From positions 434,001 to 498,000 of the forward strand of contig JAAOMT010000400.1 of NCBI GenBank assembly GCA_016748015.1: 64,000 nt of DNA, given 5' to 3'. Every line of letters starts with the position of its first letter. The stretch's first letter is position 1. Positions 1-12,183 of the stretch are shown here, in pieces. Below the pieces are notes generated by a model. It saw only the letters and a list, made by a program, of their open reading frames with translations. It did not search any database and was not told the DNA's origin. The translations under genes were made by a program, and so were the position numbers. Origin of the DNA: Geosiphon pyriformis uo1. Taxonomy: Eukaryota; Fungi; Glomeromycota.

Positions 1-137
1 CTGGAATTCTGAAATTCTGCAATTTCTTAAAAGAAATTCTGCAATTCTTTAAGAAAAATCCTGGAATTTTTTTTTTTATGTTTTTTTCTTATTGGCTATT
101 TTTTTACTTAATATAATTCTTATTTCTATAAATAATA
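1..137 (-). repeat. 3' LTR of element A (partial, U3 end)
   Basis: Aligns with about 31420-31585 (GGAATT/GCAATT repeats, ...ATTGGYTATT...TATAARTAATA end); followed by the PPT complement TTCTTTCTTTTT. Confidence 0.8.
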
Positions 138-280
138 ATATTCTTTCTTTTTAATATTAAGCTTTATTAAGATCTCTCAAATCTCTTAGCTTTTCTAAAT
201 CTTCTTTTTAGATTAATTTTATTATTTCTTTTTCTAGAATTACTTGGGCAATTTGGTTTGTAATTTTTCGAATTAGGCAT

Positions 281-1126
281 TGTTACAAATAATTATTTGA
301 AGTTTCAAATTAAAAAACAAACTTATAACTTGGTGCTTAATGGCTGTTATGATTGATATTCTCTAAAAATTTTGGTATTTAAAGATTTTGGTTGAGTTCT
401 TTGTATAATAGACAGATATTCAATAGTTGTTTCAATAGCCTTTTAGAATTACAATTCCATCAAATTTTTTTTTTAGCATGGTGGCTGGTTTATTCTGACA
501 GTTATGCTCTTTTAATAAGCTATTTTTAATTTTCAAGTTTTCTATTCTTGTTTCACAGATCTTTTACTAGGTTATTTTTGATGTCAATAATTTAGTGCTT
601 AATCTCTTTAATCAGTTAGTAACACAATAAAAGAAAGTAAAATAAAGAAAAATAAAAGAAATAAAAAGATAAAGAAATAAGCCAAGACAATAAAGAGTTA
701 GTATTTGTCAATAACCATAATCAAGAGCTATTGTTCTAATGTGATTAAGTATCAAATACTATTAACATATAGTGTTGATAATAAGAAGAGTAATTTGGAT
801 GATAAATAGTTATTTTATTGATATTGCTAATTCTATTTTGTAAGATTTTTTTTTCTGTTTTTAATGTTCTCACTATATATACATAATTTGAATTCTATAA
901 GATTACTTATATTTCCAAGTGATATGCTATGATTTCTTGAGCAATACTTATATTGCTGAGCAATATACCATGATTTTCTGACAATACTTCATATTGCTGA
1001 ACAATGTGCCATAATTTCTGACAATGCTTTATATTGTTGAGCAATATGTTTATATGTTAACTACTATTTTTCTATTGGTCTATCTGTTTTTTCTACTATT
1101 TTTTTGTATGTTTTCTATAAGTAATA
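281..1126 (-). repeat. 3' LTR of element B
   Basis: Begins TGTTACA, ends TAAGTAATA (decayed GTAACA); colinear with 19204-20049; ~41-bp tandem repeats at about 920-1050. Confidence 0.92.
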
Positions 1127-1140
1127 TTATTTTCTCCTTT
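1127..1140 (-). promoter_or_regulatory. Polypurine tract of element B
   Basis: Minus strand reads AAAGGAGAAAATAA immediately before the 3' LTR. Confidence 0.8.
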
Positions 1141-1720
1141 TAATATTAAGCTCTGTTGAAATTTTTATTTTGAATTAAGTTCATAACTTCTCTTTCTAAT
1201 ACTGTTTGTTTGACTTTGTTTCTTATATCTTTGATTTATGTATTATTTATTCTTTCTTATTGGTTAATGGTTATTGTCTTCATGTTAAGATATAGTAATA
1301 TTTCTGGGTAGTTTTGAAATATCATGTACAGTTGATAGATTGTTCTAATGTGTAGTATCAGATTTGTTTTTTTTCCAATAATGTCTTTAATGTTCTATAT
1401 TATCTCTAAATTGAATATTTTTTTAAATTTGTTAAAATATAATTTCTGAATATTCAATTTTTGTCCTAATTGATAATAACAGTATAGTATTGGAAGTTGT
1501 TTCATCTACTGATTTCAATTTTTTTGGTGAGTTCCTCAGTTGGAATCATAATAGGTATTTTTTCAAAAGTGTTTTTCATTTTTTCTACTATTTTATCTAA
1601 CCAGTTTTTTGTTTGGTTCTGTGATTGTTGATATGGTGTATTTTTTGCTTTTTTTTTCTGTTTAGTGTTTTGATAATAGATTGTTTAGTGGTTGACAACA
1701 ATTTCTATGTTCAATTGTTG
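1141..1720 (-). pseudogene. ORF3 remnant of element B
   Basis: Minus-strand translation gives QLPILYCYYQLGQK (about 1460-1502) and ILHIRTIYQLY (about 1325-1358), matching GKYPLIYRYFYIGK and LRAALRLYDLF of ORF3 in C. Boundaries approximate. Confidence 0.65.
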
Positions 1721-1849
1721 TTAATTTAAGGCCTGAAATAATTGTTGGGCTAAAGTATAGATATAATCTGGTATTTCTATTTTTTTTGTTGCTTTTGTCA
1801 CATATACTATGCTCTTATATACTTTTGGTTAATTAATTTGATATGTTTA

Positions 1850-3266
1850 AATCAATGATTATAATTGGTTCCAGATCTTATGGGATCTTATCTAATTGGA
1901 CTAGTATTTGTTTTATTTTTAGTTGTAAAATATTACTGGTAGCTAATAATGCTATATTGTAATATGGTTTTAGTTGATTACTATGTGCTGCTTTGGCTAA
2001 GATTTTGTTGTTCCATCTTAGTTTATAAGCTTTATTTCTTAGAATTTTTTCAATGTGAAATAGTTTATCCCATTTGGGATCAAATTTTTTACTTCATTGT
2101 TTTTCTGCTTTGGTATGATGTAAAAGTACTTTGTCTCCAATTTTGAATTTAACTGGTTTGTCTGACAATTAGTTATTATGTCATTCTTTTTGTTTTTTTT
2201 GTGACTTTTGAATGTTATCAACTGCTTTTTGTCTTTTGTTTTCTAATGTTTTTATTAATTTGTATGTTTTTTTTATCAATGTTTTTTGAAAATTGGTTTT
2301 GTTAATTGGTTCTATTAAATATATATTGACTTCTATCTTAACTGGTAATGTTGCTGTTCTATCATAAACAAGTTTAAATGGTGTTGCTTGTATGGTATCT
2401 TGTTTTATTGTTTGATAAGCAAATAATACTGATGGTATAAACAAATTCTATTTATTCTAGTTTTTTTGACTGATTTTGGCAATTGCTTTATACAATATTC
2501 TGTTAAATTTTTCTACTAAACCATTTGTTTATGAATAATATAGTGATAATAATGGTCTTTTGATTCCAAATCTTTGGCTTAATTCTGCTAATGTTCTGTT
2601 TACAAAATACATTCCTTGATCTGATAGCAATTTTTTTGGACATTTGTGTTGACAAATCAGATCTTGGTAAACAAATTCGGCTATGAATTCTGCATCTGCT
2701 CTTTGAATTGCTTTCATCTCTGGCCATTTTGTGAGATAATTCATAACTACTGCTATATAACAATTACTTTTGCTGATTATTATTAATGGTCTGACTAAGT
2801 TAATTTCAATTCTGTCAAATGATTGTTCTATTTTAATTAGTTTTAATGGTTCACTGGGTCTTGTTTCTTCTCTTTTTTAATAAACATCACAATTTTGAAC
2901 ATATTGGATGATATCTGGATATATTAATAGCTAATAATATCTTTTTCTGGTTTTTTCTATAGTTGTTTCTTTATAAAAGTATCCTGTTGTTAGATTTGAA
3001 TACATGTTGTATAGTATTGTTTCTTTCTCTGATTTTGTAATTACTCTAAATAGTTGATCTGAATTTTTTCTGTTTTTCTGATATAATATATTTTAGTGAA
3101 TGATAAAATACTTAAATTGTTGTTTTATGTTGTTCTGTTCTTTTGAAAATTTCTCTTTAAACTGCTGGATATTAATATAGTGTTGGATTTGTTGATATTT
3201 TTGTGTATTTATCTTTTATTATGTTTTTGGATTAAAATATTCTTAGATTTGTCTCATTTGTAACAA
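1850..3266 (-). pseudogene. Integrase region of element B pol
   Basis: ORFs 2529-2744 (YLTKWPE...LSDQG) and 2181-2444 (FIPSVLFAY...TPFKLVY); many stops. Confidence 0.9.
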
Positions 3267-3270
3267 CCAT

Positions 3271-4262
3271 TGTTACCGAAGGTTTTTGGTCTTTTTTCTG
3301 TAATATTGTTGACATCTGTTTGCTATAAATTCACGTTTTCTGGATGTGGTTGAACCTCCAGTAACTGAATTTATCTTCAAATTATTTCCTATAATTTGAA
3401 CTGCTGGGCTTATAAGTGGAATGGCCAATTCTGTGTCAGTTATTTTGTATAGTTACATTGTAGTAAACATCAACTCTTTCCCAAGAATTGCTCATCTGGA
3501 AGCTCACTAAAAAAAATGTGTAGTTACTTTGCTGTGAAAGTCAACTCTTCTACAGGAATTCTCGTCTGTAGGCTACCCAAATGATTTATAATAAGAAAAG
3601 AAAAAAAATAAAAGAAGTGTAAAAGAAAAAGTAAAACTAATGATGTATGAAAGTCGTTTCGGATCCAGACCTGGAAGTGCTTTAACAGTCTACTGAAATT
3701 GGTAGCTAATCAATTTCAAACTGTTAGTAGGAATTGGTTAATTTCAAGGAAAATAATTTAAAAATTTGGCTTTTCAAATTTATTTGATATTTTATTTTGT
3801 TTTTGTGTGTAGAAGATGATTCTAATTATTAAATCTGAAGTAAGATACATTTCCTCAAAGAGAGAAGCTCTTTTTTTATACAACTTGTCATAACACTATT
3901 CTATGAACTTGAACTTTGCTATTTTCTATAATTTTGCTAAACTAAAGATACATTTTGGCAAACTACAAGTTATTTCTGTGAACTATTAGATATTTCAACA
4001 AACTATCAATTATTTCAGCAAATTTCTTACAAATTTTGGTGAACTTTTTGAATGTTACATAGTTCAGGGTATTGTATAATTGATCATCACAATTAGGTTA
4101 CATTTGTGTTATGTACAAATTGGGTTATTAATTAAATAATAATTTCGGATATTTTGCTAATATAATAAGTGATAATTTGAAACAATAATATATGCTAATT
4201 AATGATAAGATTTATAAGGGTAATTTCATGCTAAACAATATCTCTAATTTTATCTGGTAACA
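3271..4262 (-). repeat. 3' LTR of element C (992 bp)
   Basis: TGTTACC...GGTAACA inverted termini; near-identical to 12184-13172. Confidence 0.96.
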
Positions 4263-4950
4263 TAACCTCCTCCTCAAGACTGAGCTTCGTCGAAGTCCAA
4301 GTACTGTCTGTAATTTCCAGATAGTAATCCAAAATTATTGAAGAAATTTGGTCTGAAAATTGTTGAAATTTCAGTTTTGTGAGGTTTCCAATATATTGAA
4401 TCTTCAAAGGTTGTAAAATTGGGTTTTGTAGGACGTTTTTACAGGTGTGGAATAGGTCATAAAGTCTAAGAGCAGCTCTTAGTTTATAATGACTGTTTGT
4501 AGACCCAGCTGTTGTCTTGAATTTGTTGTGGAGTTGTTTCCAAATAGCTTCTTTTGTGAGGTTTGCTGCTATAAGCTCTAGTTTTTGCTCATGAAGTGTT
4601 TTTCCAATATAAAAATATCTATATATTAGGGGGTATTTGCCATTTTCTTCATTAAGACACAGTTGAAGTTTTTGTTGAATAGTAGCATTTGGTGGAATAC
4701 TAATAGGGGTGAGCAATAAGTTTTCTCTTAAAGCAAGCTTCAAAAGTTCTAGTAAATGAATTCCAGAATAACTTCTTGTGTTTTTTCTATAAGGGTAATA
4801 CTTTCGTGAAATTGGGGCTAAATTTGTAACTATTTCTGTTTGGGTATAATTAATATGTTTTCCAGTGATAGTAATAGATAATTCAGATATTGTTTTTAAA
4901 GCTAACATTAATTTTTAAGATAACTGTTGAATATTTTAAGGAATAGTCAT
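4231..4950 (-). pseudogene. ORF3 of element C, about 240 aa, unknown function
   Basis: Open 225-aa frame 4231-4908; an in-frame ATG at 4950 extends it (MTIP*NIQQLS*KL, two probable CAA>TAA stops); lies between integrase and PPT. Confidence 0.8.
4263..4275 (-). promoter_or_regulatory. Polypurine tract of element C
   Basis: Minus strand GAGGAGGAGGTTA abuts the 3' LTR. Confidence 0.85.
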
Positions 4951-5169
4951 TATAATGAAATTAGAAAGAAAAATAAAATTGAAATTATTTTTGGTATGTG
5001 AGTTTTTATGTTATTTTTGTTTTTTCAGTATGCTTTGTTTTGTTTTTGTTTTTTTTTGTTGTGATATGTTTCTAAGTTATAAGGGAATAACTATAATAAA
5101 ATTGAAATTAAGTGTTCAAGTTGGGGGATTGTTCAATGACAACTATTAGTTCTAAGTTTCAGGGAATGT

Positions 5170-6471
5170 CTTTGGAATTGATTAAAGAAGAATGTGTACT
5201 AATTTGTGAAATTAATGGTTTAGAATTGTTTCTGGAATTATAGTGTTTCAAACGATTTTCATGTGCAACTTTTGCTAGGATTTTGTCATCAAGTCTTAGT
5301 TTGTATGATCCGTTGTCTAAAACTTCATAGATAAAGAATGGTCTATTCTATTTATTCTTAAATTTTCCACTCCATTGTTTTTCAGCTTTAGTTCTGTGTA
5401 AGAGAACTTTGTTTCCAATTTTAAATTTATTGGTAACTGGAGGCAATTTGTCATCATGCTGTTCTTTTTGTTGAGCTTTGGAGTGTTCAATATGGGTGGC
5501 TGCTATTCGTCGTTTTCCTTCCAATGTGCTAAGCAGAGTGTAGACTTTTCGCTGAAGTGTTTCCTGGAAATTGTTTTTATCGATTGGTTGTGCTGGGTAT
5601 GTTTCCACTGTGAAACTAATTGGTAATGTTGCTGTCCTTCTATAAGTTAAATCAAATGGTATGTGTTTTGTGGTATCTTGTTTTAGTGTCCTATATACTA
5701 GTAATACTGATGGAATAAAGAGATCCCATTCTTGCTCAAAATTGGTTGAAACTTTGGCTAATGATTTACACAATGTTCTGTTGAAATGTTCTATAAGTCC
5801 ATTGGTTTGTGGATGGTAGGGCAAAGATAATGGTCTCTTGACATTAAATTGTCCACAAATTTCCTGGATTAAATTGTTCATAAAAGTTTTATTGGGCATC
5901 TATGTCTACAAATAATGTCTTCATAGATGAAGTTTGCTACTGATTTTGCATCTGCTCATTGAATGGCTCTGACTTCAGGCCATTTGGTGAGATAGTCTAC
6001 AGCTACTGCAATATAACGGTTTCTTTGGTTTGTAATAGGTAGTGGTCTGACTAAATCGATACCAACTCTGTCAAAAGACTGTCCAACTTTGATTGGATTT
6101 AATGGTTTAATAGGGTGTGTTCCTTCTCTTCTTTGACAACTATCACAAGATTCGACATATTCGTGAATATTTTTTCTCATTCGAGGCCAAAAGTAGTATT
6201 CTAGTGTTCTTTGGGTGGTGCTGTCTTTTCCGAAGTGTGCTGATGAAGGATCTGAGTACATGTTGTATAATATAGTCTCTTTTTTTTGTTCTTGTATTAA
6301 TCTGAGTGGTTTGTCTGGATTTTTGAAATTTCGTTGATAAATAATGTTGTTATGTAGAAAATATTGTTTGGCTTGTTGTTGTAATCGATGTTTTTCATCT
6401 GAAGACCAATCTGTTGGGATTGTTAATGTTTCCAAATATTGTTTGAGATTGTTGTAGTTTTCCAAATTCAT
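5170..6471 (-). pseudogene. Integrase of element C
   Basis: HHCC remnant (HFG...CDSCQ), core FDRVGIDLV...VDYLTKWPE, YHPQTNGLIEHFNRTL, GPY/F-like tail WSGKF; no chromodomain seen. Confidence 0.93.
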
Positions 6472-7960
6472 TGTTTGTTGGCTGTTTTGGTTGGTTAAGT
6501 TGAGTGTTGGTTTTTGTGTTTTCTAATCTTGTCTCATTCTGGAGAGACAGTCAACATTGGTGTGGAGTTTTCCTGGTTTGTAATGTACTATGTATCAATA
6601 GTTTGCTAGAAATCTTGTCCATCAGGTTTGTTTTGCATTTAGCTAAGTATTTTTGTTCTGAAGCCATTTGAGTTCAATATTATCAGTGATAATATTGAAT
6701 TCCTTTGGCCGAAGATAAAGGTTGAAATGATGTAGGGCCCAAATTACAGCTGCTGTTTCTAATTCAGTGGCAGGATAATTTTTCTCAGCTGGTTTTAATG
6801 TTCTGCTAGCATAGGCAATTACTTGCTCATTTCTATTGTTATCCAATTGTGATAGGATAGCACCAAAAGCAATATAAGAGGCATCTGTTGTTAATCAGAA
6901 TTGGTTGCTGAAATCTGGGTAGGCGAGAATTGGGGCTGTCATTAGTTTTTCTTTGAGGATTTCAAATGCATTTTGGCATTCAGCAATTCATTCGTATTTG
7001 ACATTTTTGGTGATAAGCTGGTTGAAAGATTTTGCGATTTCTGAGAATCTTTTGATAAATTTCCAATAGTAGGAGACTAACCCTATGAATCCTCTTAGTT
7101 CTGTAGTGTTTCGAAGAGTTTTGAAGTTTTTGACAACACTGATTTTTCCAGGGTCCGGTTTGATTTCATTTTTACTAATGATATGACCAAGGAAGGCCAA
7201 GCTTGTTTTTCCAAAGTAGCATTTTTTGATGTTGAGTTTTAGTCCTGCTTTTCATAATTGTTGAAAAACTTCTCGCAGGTGTTTTAAGTGTAATTCGAAT
7301 GATGAAGAATAAACATCAGTATCATCAAGATAAATGACTACTGACTTCTAAAAGAGTTCTTGGTACACAATATTCATTAATCTCTAAAATGTTGCTGATG
7401 CATTGCATAATTCGAAAGGCATTACATTGAACTCATAATTTTTGCCTTGGGTGATGAATGTTGTTTTGGGACGATCTTTGGGATTCATTGCAACTTACCA
7501 GTAACCGCTTTCTAAATCTAGTGTTGAAAAGTATTTGGATTTTTCAAGGACATCTAACATGTCATCAATTTGGAGAAGGGGGTAGGCATCTCTAATTGTA
7601 ATACTGTTGAGTTGTCAATAATCAACACAAAATTGTATCTTTCTATTTTTCTTTTTAACTAACACTACAGATGAAGCCCAAGAACTCATGGAGGGTTGGA
7701 TGAACTCGTTGTTAAGCATTTGTTGTACTTCTTCTTGGATGAATTGGTGGCTTTCTAGGGCAACTCAATATGCTTGTTGTCTTCTTGGTTTGACATCTCC
7801 TGTATAAATTTGGTGTTAGACCAAATTGGTTCTTCCTAAGTCATTGTTGTTTTCAGCAAAGATATCAGCAAATTCTACAATTAGCTCTTTGAACTGGCTC
7901 CATTGTTGTGGTTCAAGTTGTCTCATGTTGATTTGAGATAGTTTTTCCATAACAACATAG
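6472..7960 (-). pseudogene. Reverse transcriptase and RNase H of element C
   Basis: VVIYLDDT at about 7317-7341; FLGHIIS (6988-7200); TDAS and VIAYASRTLKPAEKNY...ELE (6643-6846). Confidence 0.93.
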
Positions 7961-8364
7961 TAGTTTTCAGAACTAGGGTTTGGGTTAATTTTTGGTAGTG
8001 AATGTCCAATGATTTCCGAAAAATTGGGAACTGTTTGGGGTAATTCTTGTTGAAATATATTACTGTGAATAACTCCAATTTCTAAATTATTTAATAAAAC
8101 TATGGGGTAATTATTGGGGTTGTAAAAAATAACTCAGACTTTCTTTGTTCCTTCTGGAATATAAATGTTTAGGATCAAAATATTATGTTCCAAGCAGACT
8201 TGTTCATTGGACTCAAAAATTTGTTGTGTGGTTGTTGGCTTTGGACAAGTGTAGATTTCCGGATGTTTTCCAAAGAGTGAGATGGTAATTGGTTGTGGAA
8301 GTCTGAGAATCTGGTCGAATTTGTTCTGTGTGTTAAGAGCTATATTAACTGGAATTGTGAATTG

Positions 8365-8790
8365 TTCAGTTGAAGCAAACCCTTGGGTTTCTCTATCGCT
8401 TTTTCCTAATTGTTCTTTTTGATTGACTAGTTGCAAACCCGAAATGTTGATTAGGAGTAGGTAAATAGCTTGGGCAATTTTTTCAGCATGTTCGATTTTG
8501 AATGGTTTGTCAGTTTCATTTTAAAGCATTACTGTAATGTCTCCAGTATATCCAGCATCAATTATTCTTCCTCTGACATTGATTCCTTTGCTTGCCAGAG
8601 AAGACCAGGAGGCAATTTGAACCATTGCTCCTGACGGGATTTCAAGTGCAATTTTGAGATTGATTTTTGTGAAAGATTTGGGTTTGAGAACAAGAGTATC
8701 TTTGTCTGGATATCTTAGGTCATATCCAGCATCAATTTCATGTGCTTTTTGGGTTTTATTTCTTGTCCATTGTTGTTAAAGTATTTGAGT
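8365..8790 (-). pseudogene. Trimeric dUTPase domain within pol of element C
   Basis: Minus-strand translation DAGYDL..YP...IALEIPSG.MVQIAS.SSLASKGI...IIDAGYTGDI.V.L.N...KIAQ...DRETQGFAST covers dUTPase motifs 1-5. Confidence 0.9.
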
Positions 8791-8889
8791 TGTAAGGCAG
8801 GCTGATTTTTGATAAGATAGATGGGTGTTGTTTTAATTTCTTCCGTTGCTTTAGGTTCTCCAAATTCAATTTCATTCTCATCACTTTCA

Positions 8890-9560
8890 CTAGGCAAAAG
8901 AATTCTAAGAGCATAGCATTCAGAACATTACTGTTCATCACAAAGCATAATGCATTCTTTATATAGTCTAATGTTCATTTGCTCTAATTGTTGAATTTGA
9001 GCTTCTTGGGTTGAGTAGGTGTGACTTGCAATTTGGTGGTAGACTTCTACTTTATCTTCATAATCGAATCCAGCTAATTCCATAGTGTATTCAATGTATT
9101 CTGCTTCCTTCATTTGATGGACATTTTTTTTGGTAGCTTCATTAATTAATGCTATTGCTAGGTCGAAAATCATCTCAGCATTGTGGAGATAGTGATAAAG
9201 TTTGTTGAGAGCACTGTTGTATGCTGCATTAAAAGGTGTTCCTCTTTGTACTTTTTCTAAAATTGATAAAGCATATTGGCAGATCTGATCACAGACTTCA
9301 CCTCTCATTGCTATATCAATCCAATTGCATTCTTCTGGTAGCATATCTCCACAAGTCAAACAAGGAGTGTTATCCTATTTTCCGCTTCTTTTTATTAGAT
9401 GGTCCCATCGTTCTCTGTGGCAAGCCTTGCAGTAATAACAAGTATGATTTTCATATTCTTCTTTAGGTGAAATGCAGGCTCCCATTGACAATAGTTTCTT
9501 GTGGCAGTCCTTACATTTAAGGAGAATGTAGGGGTGTTGTTTTCTTGGTTTAGGCTTTGA
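8890..9560 (-). other. Cys-rich putative zinc-binding domain between protease and dUTPase (element C)
   Basis: CKDC, CYYCKAC, CLTC, CDQIC, CSEC in ORFs 9375-9659 and 8928-9359 and the flanking codons. Confidence 0.7.
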
Positions 9561-9719
9561 GTATGAGATATTCCATCCAGGGGTTTCGGGTTCAGAGTGT
9601 GGTGTAAAATGTTCTTGTTCAGTTTCATCAGTCCAATTGGACATTGATCCAAGAGCCATAAATGTTTCAATTATTGGTTTTTTTTTTCTGGTTCAAATTC
9701 AAAAGCCAGGGCTTTTTCA

Positions 9720-10120
9720 GAATGTTTGTTGAATGTACCACAAATAGTGGGTACTCGGGTATGTTGTCCTTGATAGGAGAGTTGTAATTCTTGGGTTTCC
9801 CAGTCTAATTTTGCATTGGCTTTTTGGAGCCAATCATTTCCAACAAGGGCTTAATACTGGGGCGCATCTATTACAAGAACTTTAACTGGAATGGTGATTC
9901 CATCAAGAGTGAATGGAAAATTGTTAATTTCTTCTACTGGAGTCTTTTTCATGCCATCGGTAGTAACAATTACTGTTTGAGCTGGTCAGTCAACATTTTT
10001 TTTTAACTGTTGCATTAACTGGTAGGTAATAATGCTTCCGGCAGATCCACTGTCTAGAATCAAGCAAATTGTCTTTTCTTTGACTTCTGCTTCAGTGTAC
10101 ATAGCTGTGATTGCTTTTTG
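9720..10120 (-). pseudogene. Retropepsin aspartic protease of element C
   Basis: LILDSGSAGSII in ORF 9986-10384. Confidence 0.9.
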
Positions 10121-12138
10121 TTTGTTAGTAGCTGCATTGCTAAGCAGGAATGATGACTCATTTGTTTCGAACTTAAAAGGGAATATATCGGAAAGGTTAG
10201 CATTTTCAGTAATTCTGGCTGGTGGGATTGTGATGGGAGTATAGGAAGGGTTTTGTTGTTGTGCTGTAGCTCTACCTTCCGAGGGTGCAGTATGGTGAAA
10301 ATCTTGTTCTTTAAGTATTGTTAGATAACTGGGTTGAGTGTGATAGTGGTTGGGTCTTGGTTGAATGAAATTTCGGGAAACCAATTGGTTGTTTGAACTG
10401 ATTCTATTGTTGTTTACTTGGTATTGGTTTTGTGGTGTGAATTGATTTTGTGTAATCAGTCTTCGAGCAGATACTTGATAATGTTATGTGGGTGGTTGTT
10501 GGTATTGCTGTTGAATTGGCTGTGAAGCGGGCTGATAATAGTTATTTTGGTATTGGGGTATGGTGGATAGTAAGCTGGTGGTGGTGGTTGATAATAAGAT
10601 TGCTGTGGTGGAGAGTAATGTTGATTACTTTTATTTTGTTGGTCTTGTTGTAGCTTTTTGCAATCTCTTTTCCAGTGGTCAGAGATTCCACAGTAATGGC
10701 AATTCTGAGGTTGGTTATTAGAAAGTGGTGCAAAGTTATTTTGATTTTGTCTTTGGGATGGTTAATATCTTTGGAGTTGCTGTTGTTGTTGATTGGTAAA
10801 ATAGTTTTCGACTTTCTTTGTGAGTTGGTCAATTTTCTCTTCAGCTGCTGAGCTGGTTTCTCCAATGGCTAAGTTCACGAATTTTGTACAATTGGCTTCT
10901 TCCATGGCCATTTCATATCTCTTTGCATGCTGAATAACAGAGTTTAAATCTTCTGGGACATGTGGGCAAACCTTTTTAATCAGTTTATCTTTTAAACCAG
11001 CAATAAATTGATCCAAAATTTGAGCATCAGAATAATAATTGTTTGTTTCGAGTTGGTGAATTTGCATGAGAAGTTTGTTGAATTTCCCAATTTAAGTCAT
11101 AACAGATTCGGAGGATTCTTGTTTGATATTGTGAAACCAATTTTGAAGAGTGATGGAAGTATTATTGTCAGTGAACTGTTTAAGAAAGGCTGCTTTAAAA
11201 GCATCCTAATCATTGAATGGAGTGGCCAAGTTTTCAAACCATTCTCCTGCTGTTCCTTTGAGAAAGTAGGAAATTGTTCTTAACATTCTGGCAGCATTCC
11301 ATCTATTTGCATCTCCAGCTTTAGTAACTTGGTCGAGCCATTCTTGGGAACTGGTCTTAATATCTTCTCTATTAAATTCAGGAATTTTTGTGATGTATGC
11401 TGTCATTTCATCTTCTTTGTTTTTACTGTCTATTGATTTTTCTTCAGATATTTCAGAGTCGTTTTTTTTGTTTGCTGCTGTCTCAGAGTGTTCACTTCAA
11501 TTTTCAGCTAGAAAGTCAAGGAGATTGGAACTAGTTTGAAGGGGTTTTTGTTGTCTGGTGAGACTTCTGGGTGATGTAAAATCTTCTAGTCTTGTAAATC
11601 AATTTAAGGGTGAATTAGGTGTTTGTGCTTGTGCAAGTAAAGCTGAAAAAAGTGTGATGGTAAGTGGAAGTTTTGAACTGGTTCTTTGTTCAGGTGTTTG
11701 TAAGTGTTTGGCAGTTGTTTTTGGTAGTATTAGAGTATTTGGGGTGGTTTTTGAGTATTGCTTCAGTTTGTGTTTGCCTTTGTTGCTTGTTTTTGTCTTT
11801 GATTCAAAATCAATAGTGTATTGAGACTGTACTGGATATGTTTCTTTACAGTACTTGATAATGTTAAAATTAAGTTCTTGAAAGTAAGTGGTAAGTGTTT
11901 CACTGTTAAGGTCTTCAGTTTCCAACTGTGAATAATGTACTAAATTATTGTAAAGATTGCTTCTAACTTCTGAGATATTGTAATTTTCAAAAAGATAATT
12001 GTTGATGCAGTTTTCAATGTATTGGTATACTGATTTCTTGACAACTTCAATTCCGTCTGGAATGTTGAATCTTTGCTTGCAGTGGGTGTAAATTGACTGG
12101 TAATACTCTAGAGTTGTTGCATCTGGTGTGGTTGTCAC
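10121..12138 (-). pseudogene. Gag of element C with long N-terminal extension and CCHC knuckle
   Basis: ORFs 11599-12138, 11206-11406 (LKGTAGEWF) and 10762-11067 (QFIAGL) share one frame; CHYCGISDHWKRDC at about 10660-10701. Confidence 0.88.
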
Positions 12139-12170
12139 TTTGAATTTGTTGTTGCTGTGTTATTTCTGTG

Positions 12171-12183
12171 GGAGAGCACCAAA
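12171..12183 (-). promoter_or_regulatory. Primer-binding site of element C
   Basis: TT-TGGTGCTCTCC directly after the 5' LTR end. Confidence 0.85.

Noticed and set aside
900-1060. Periodic repeats in LTRs as a CRISPR-like array
   Set aside because: Degenerate head-to-tail repeats with no unique spacers, inside eukaryotic LTR U3 regions; no cas genes.
10300-10560. Programmed -1 frameshift between gag and protease of C
   Set aside because: The frame change maps to an apparent 1-nt deletion near 10558 in a Q/P-rich tract; gag and protease were probably one frame.
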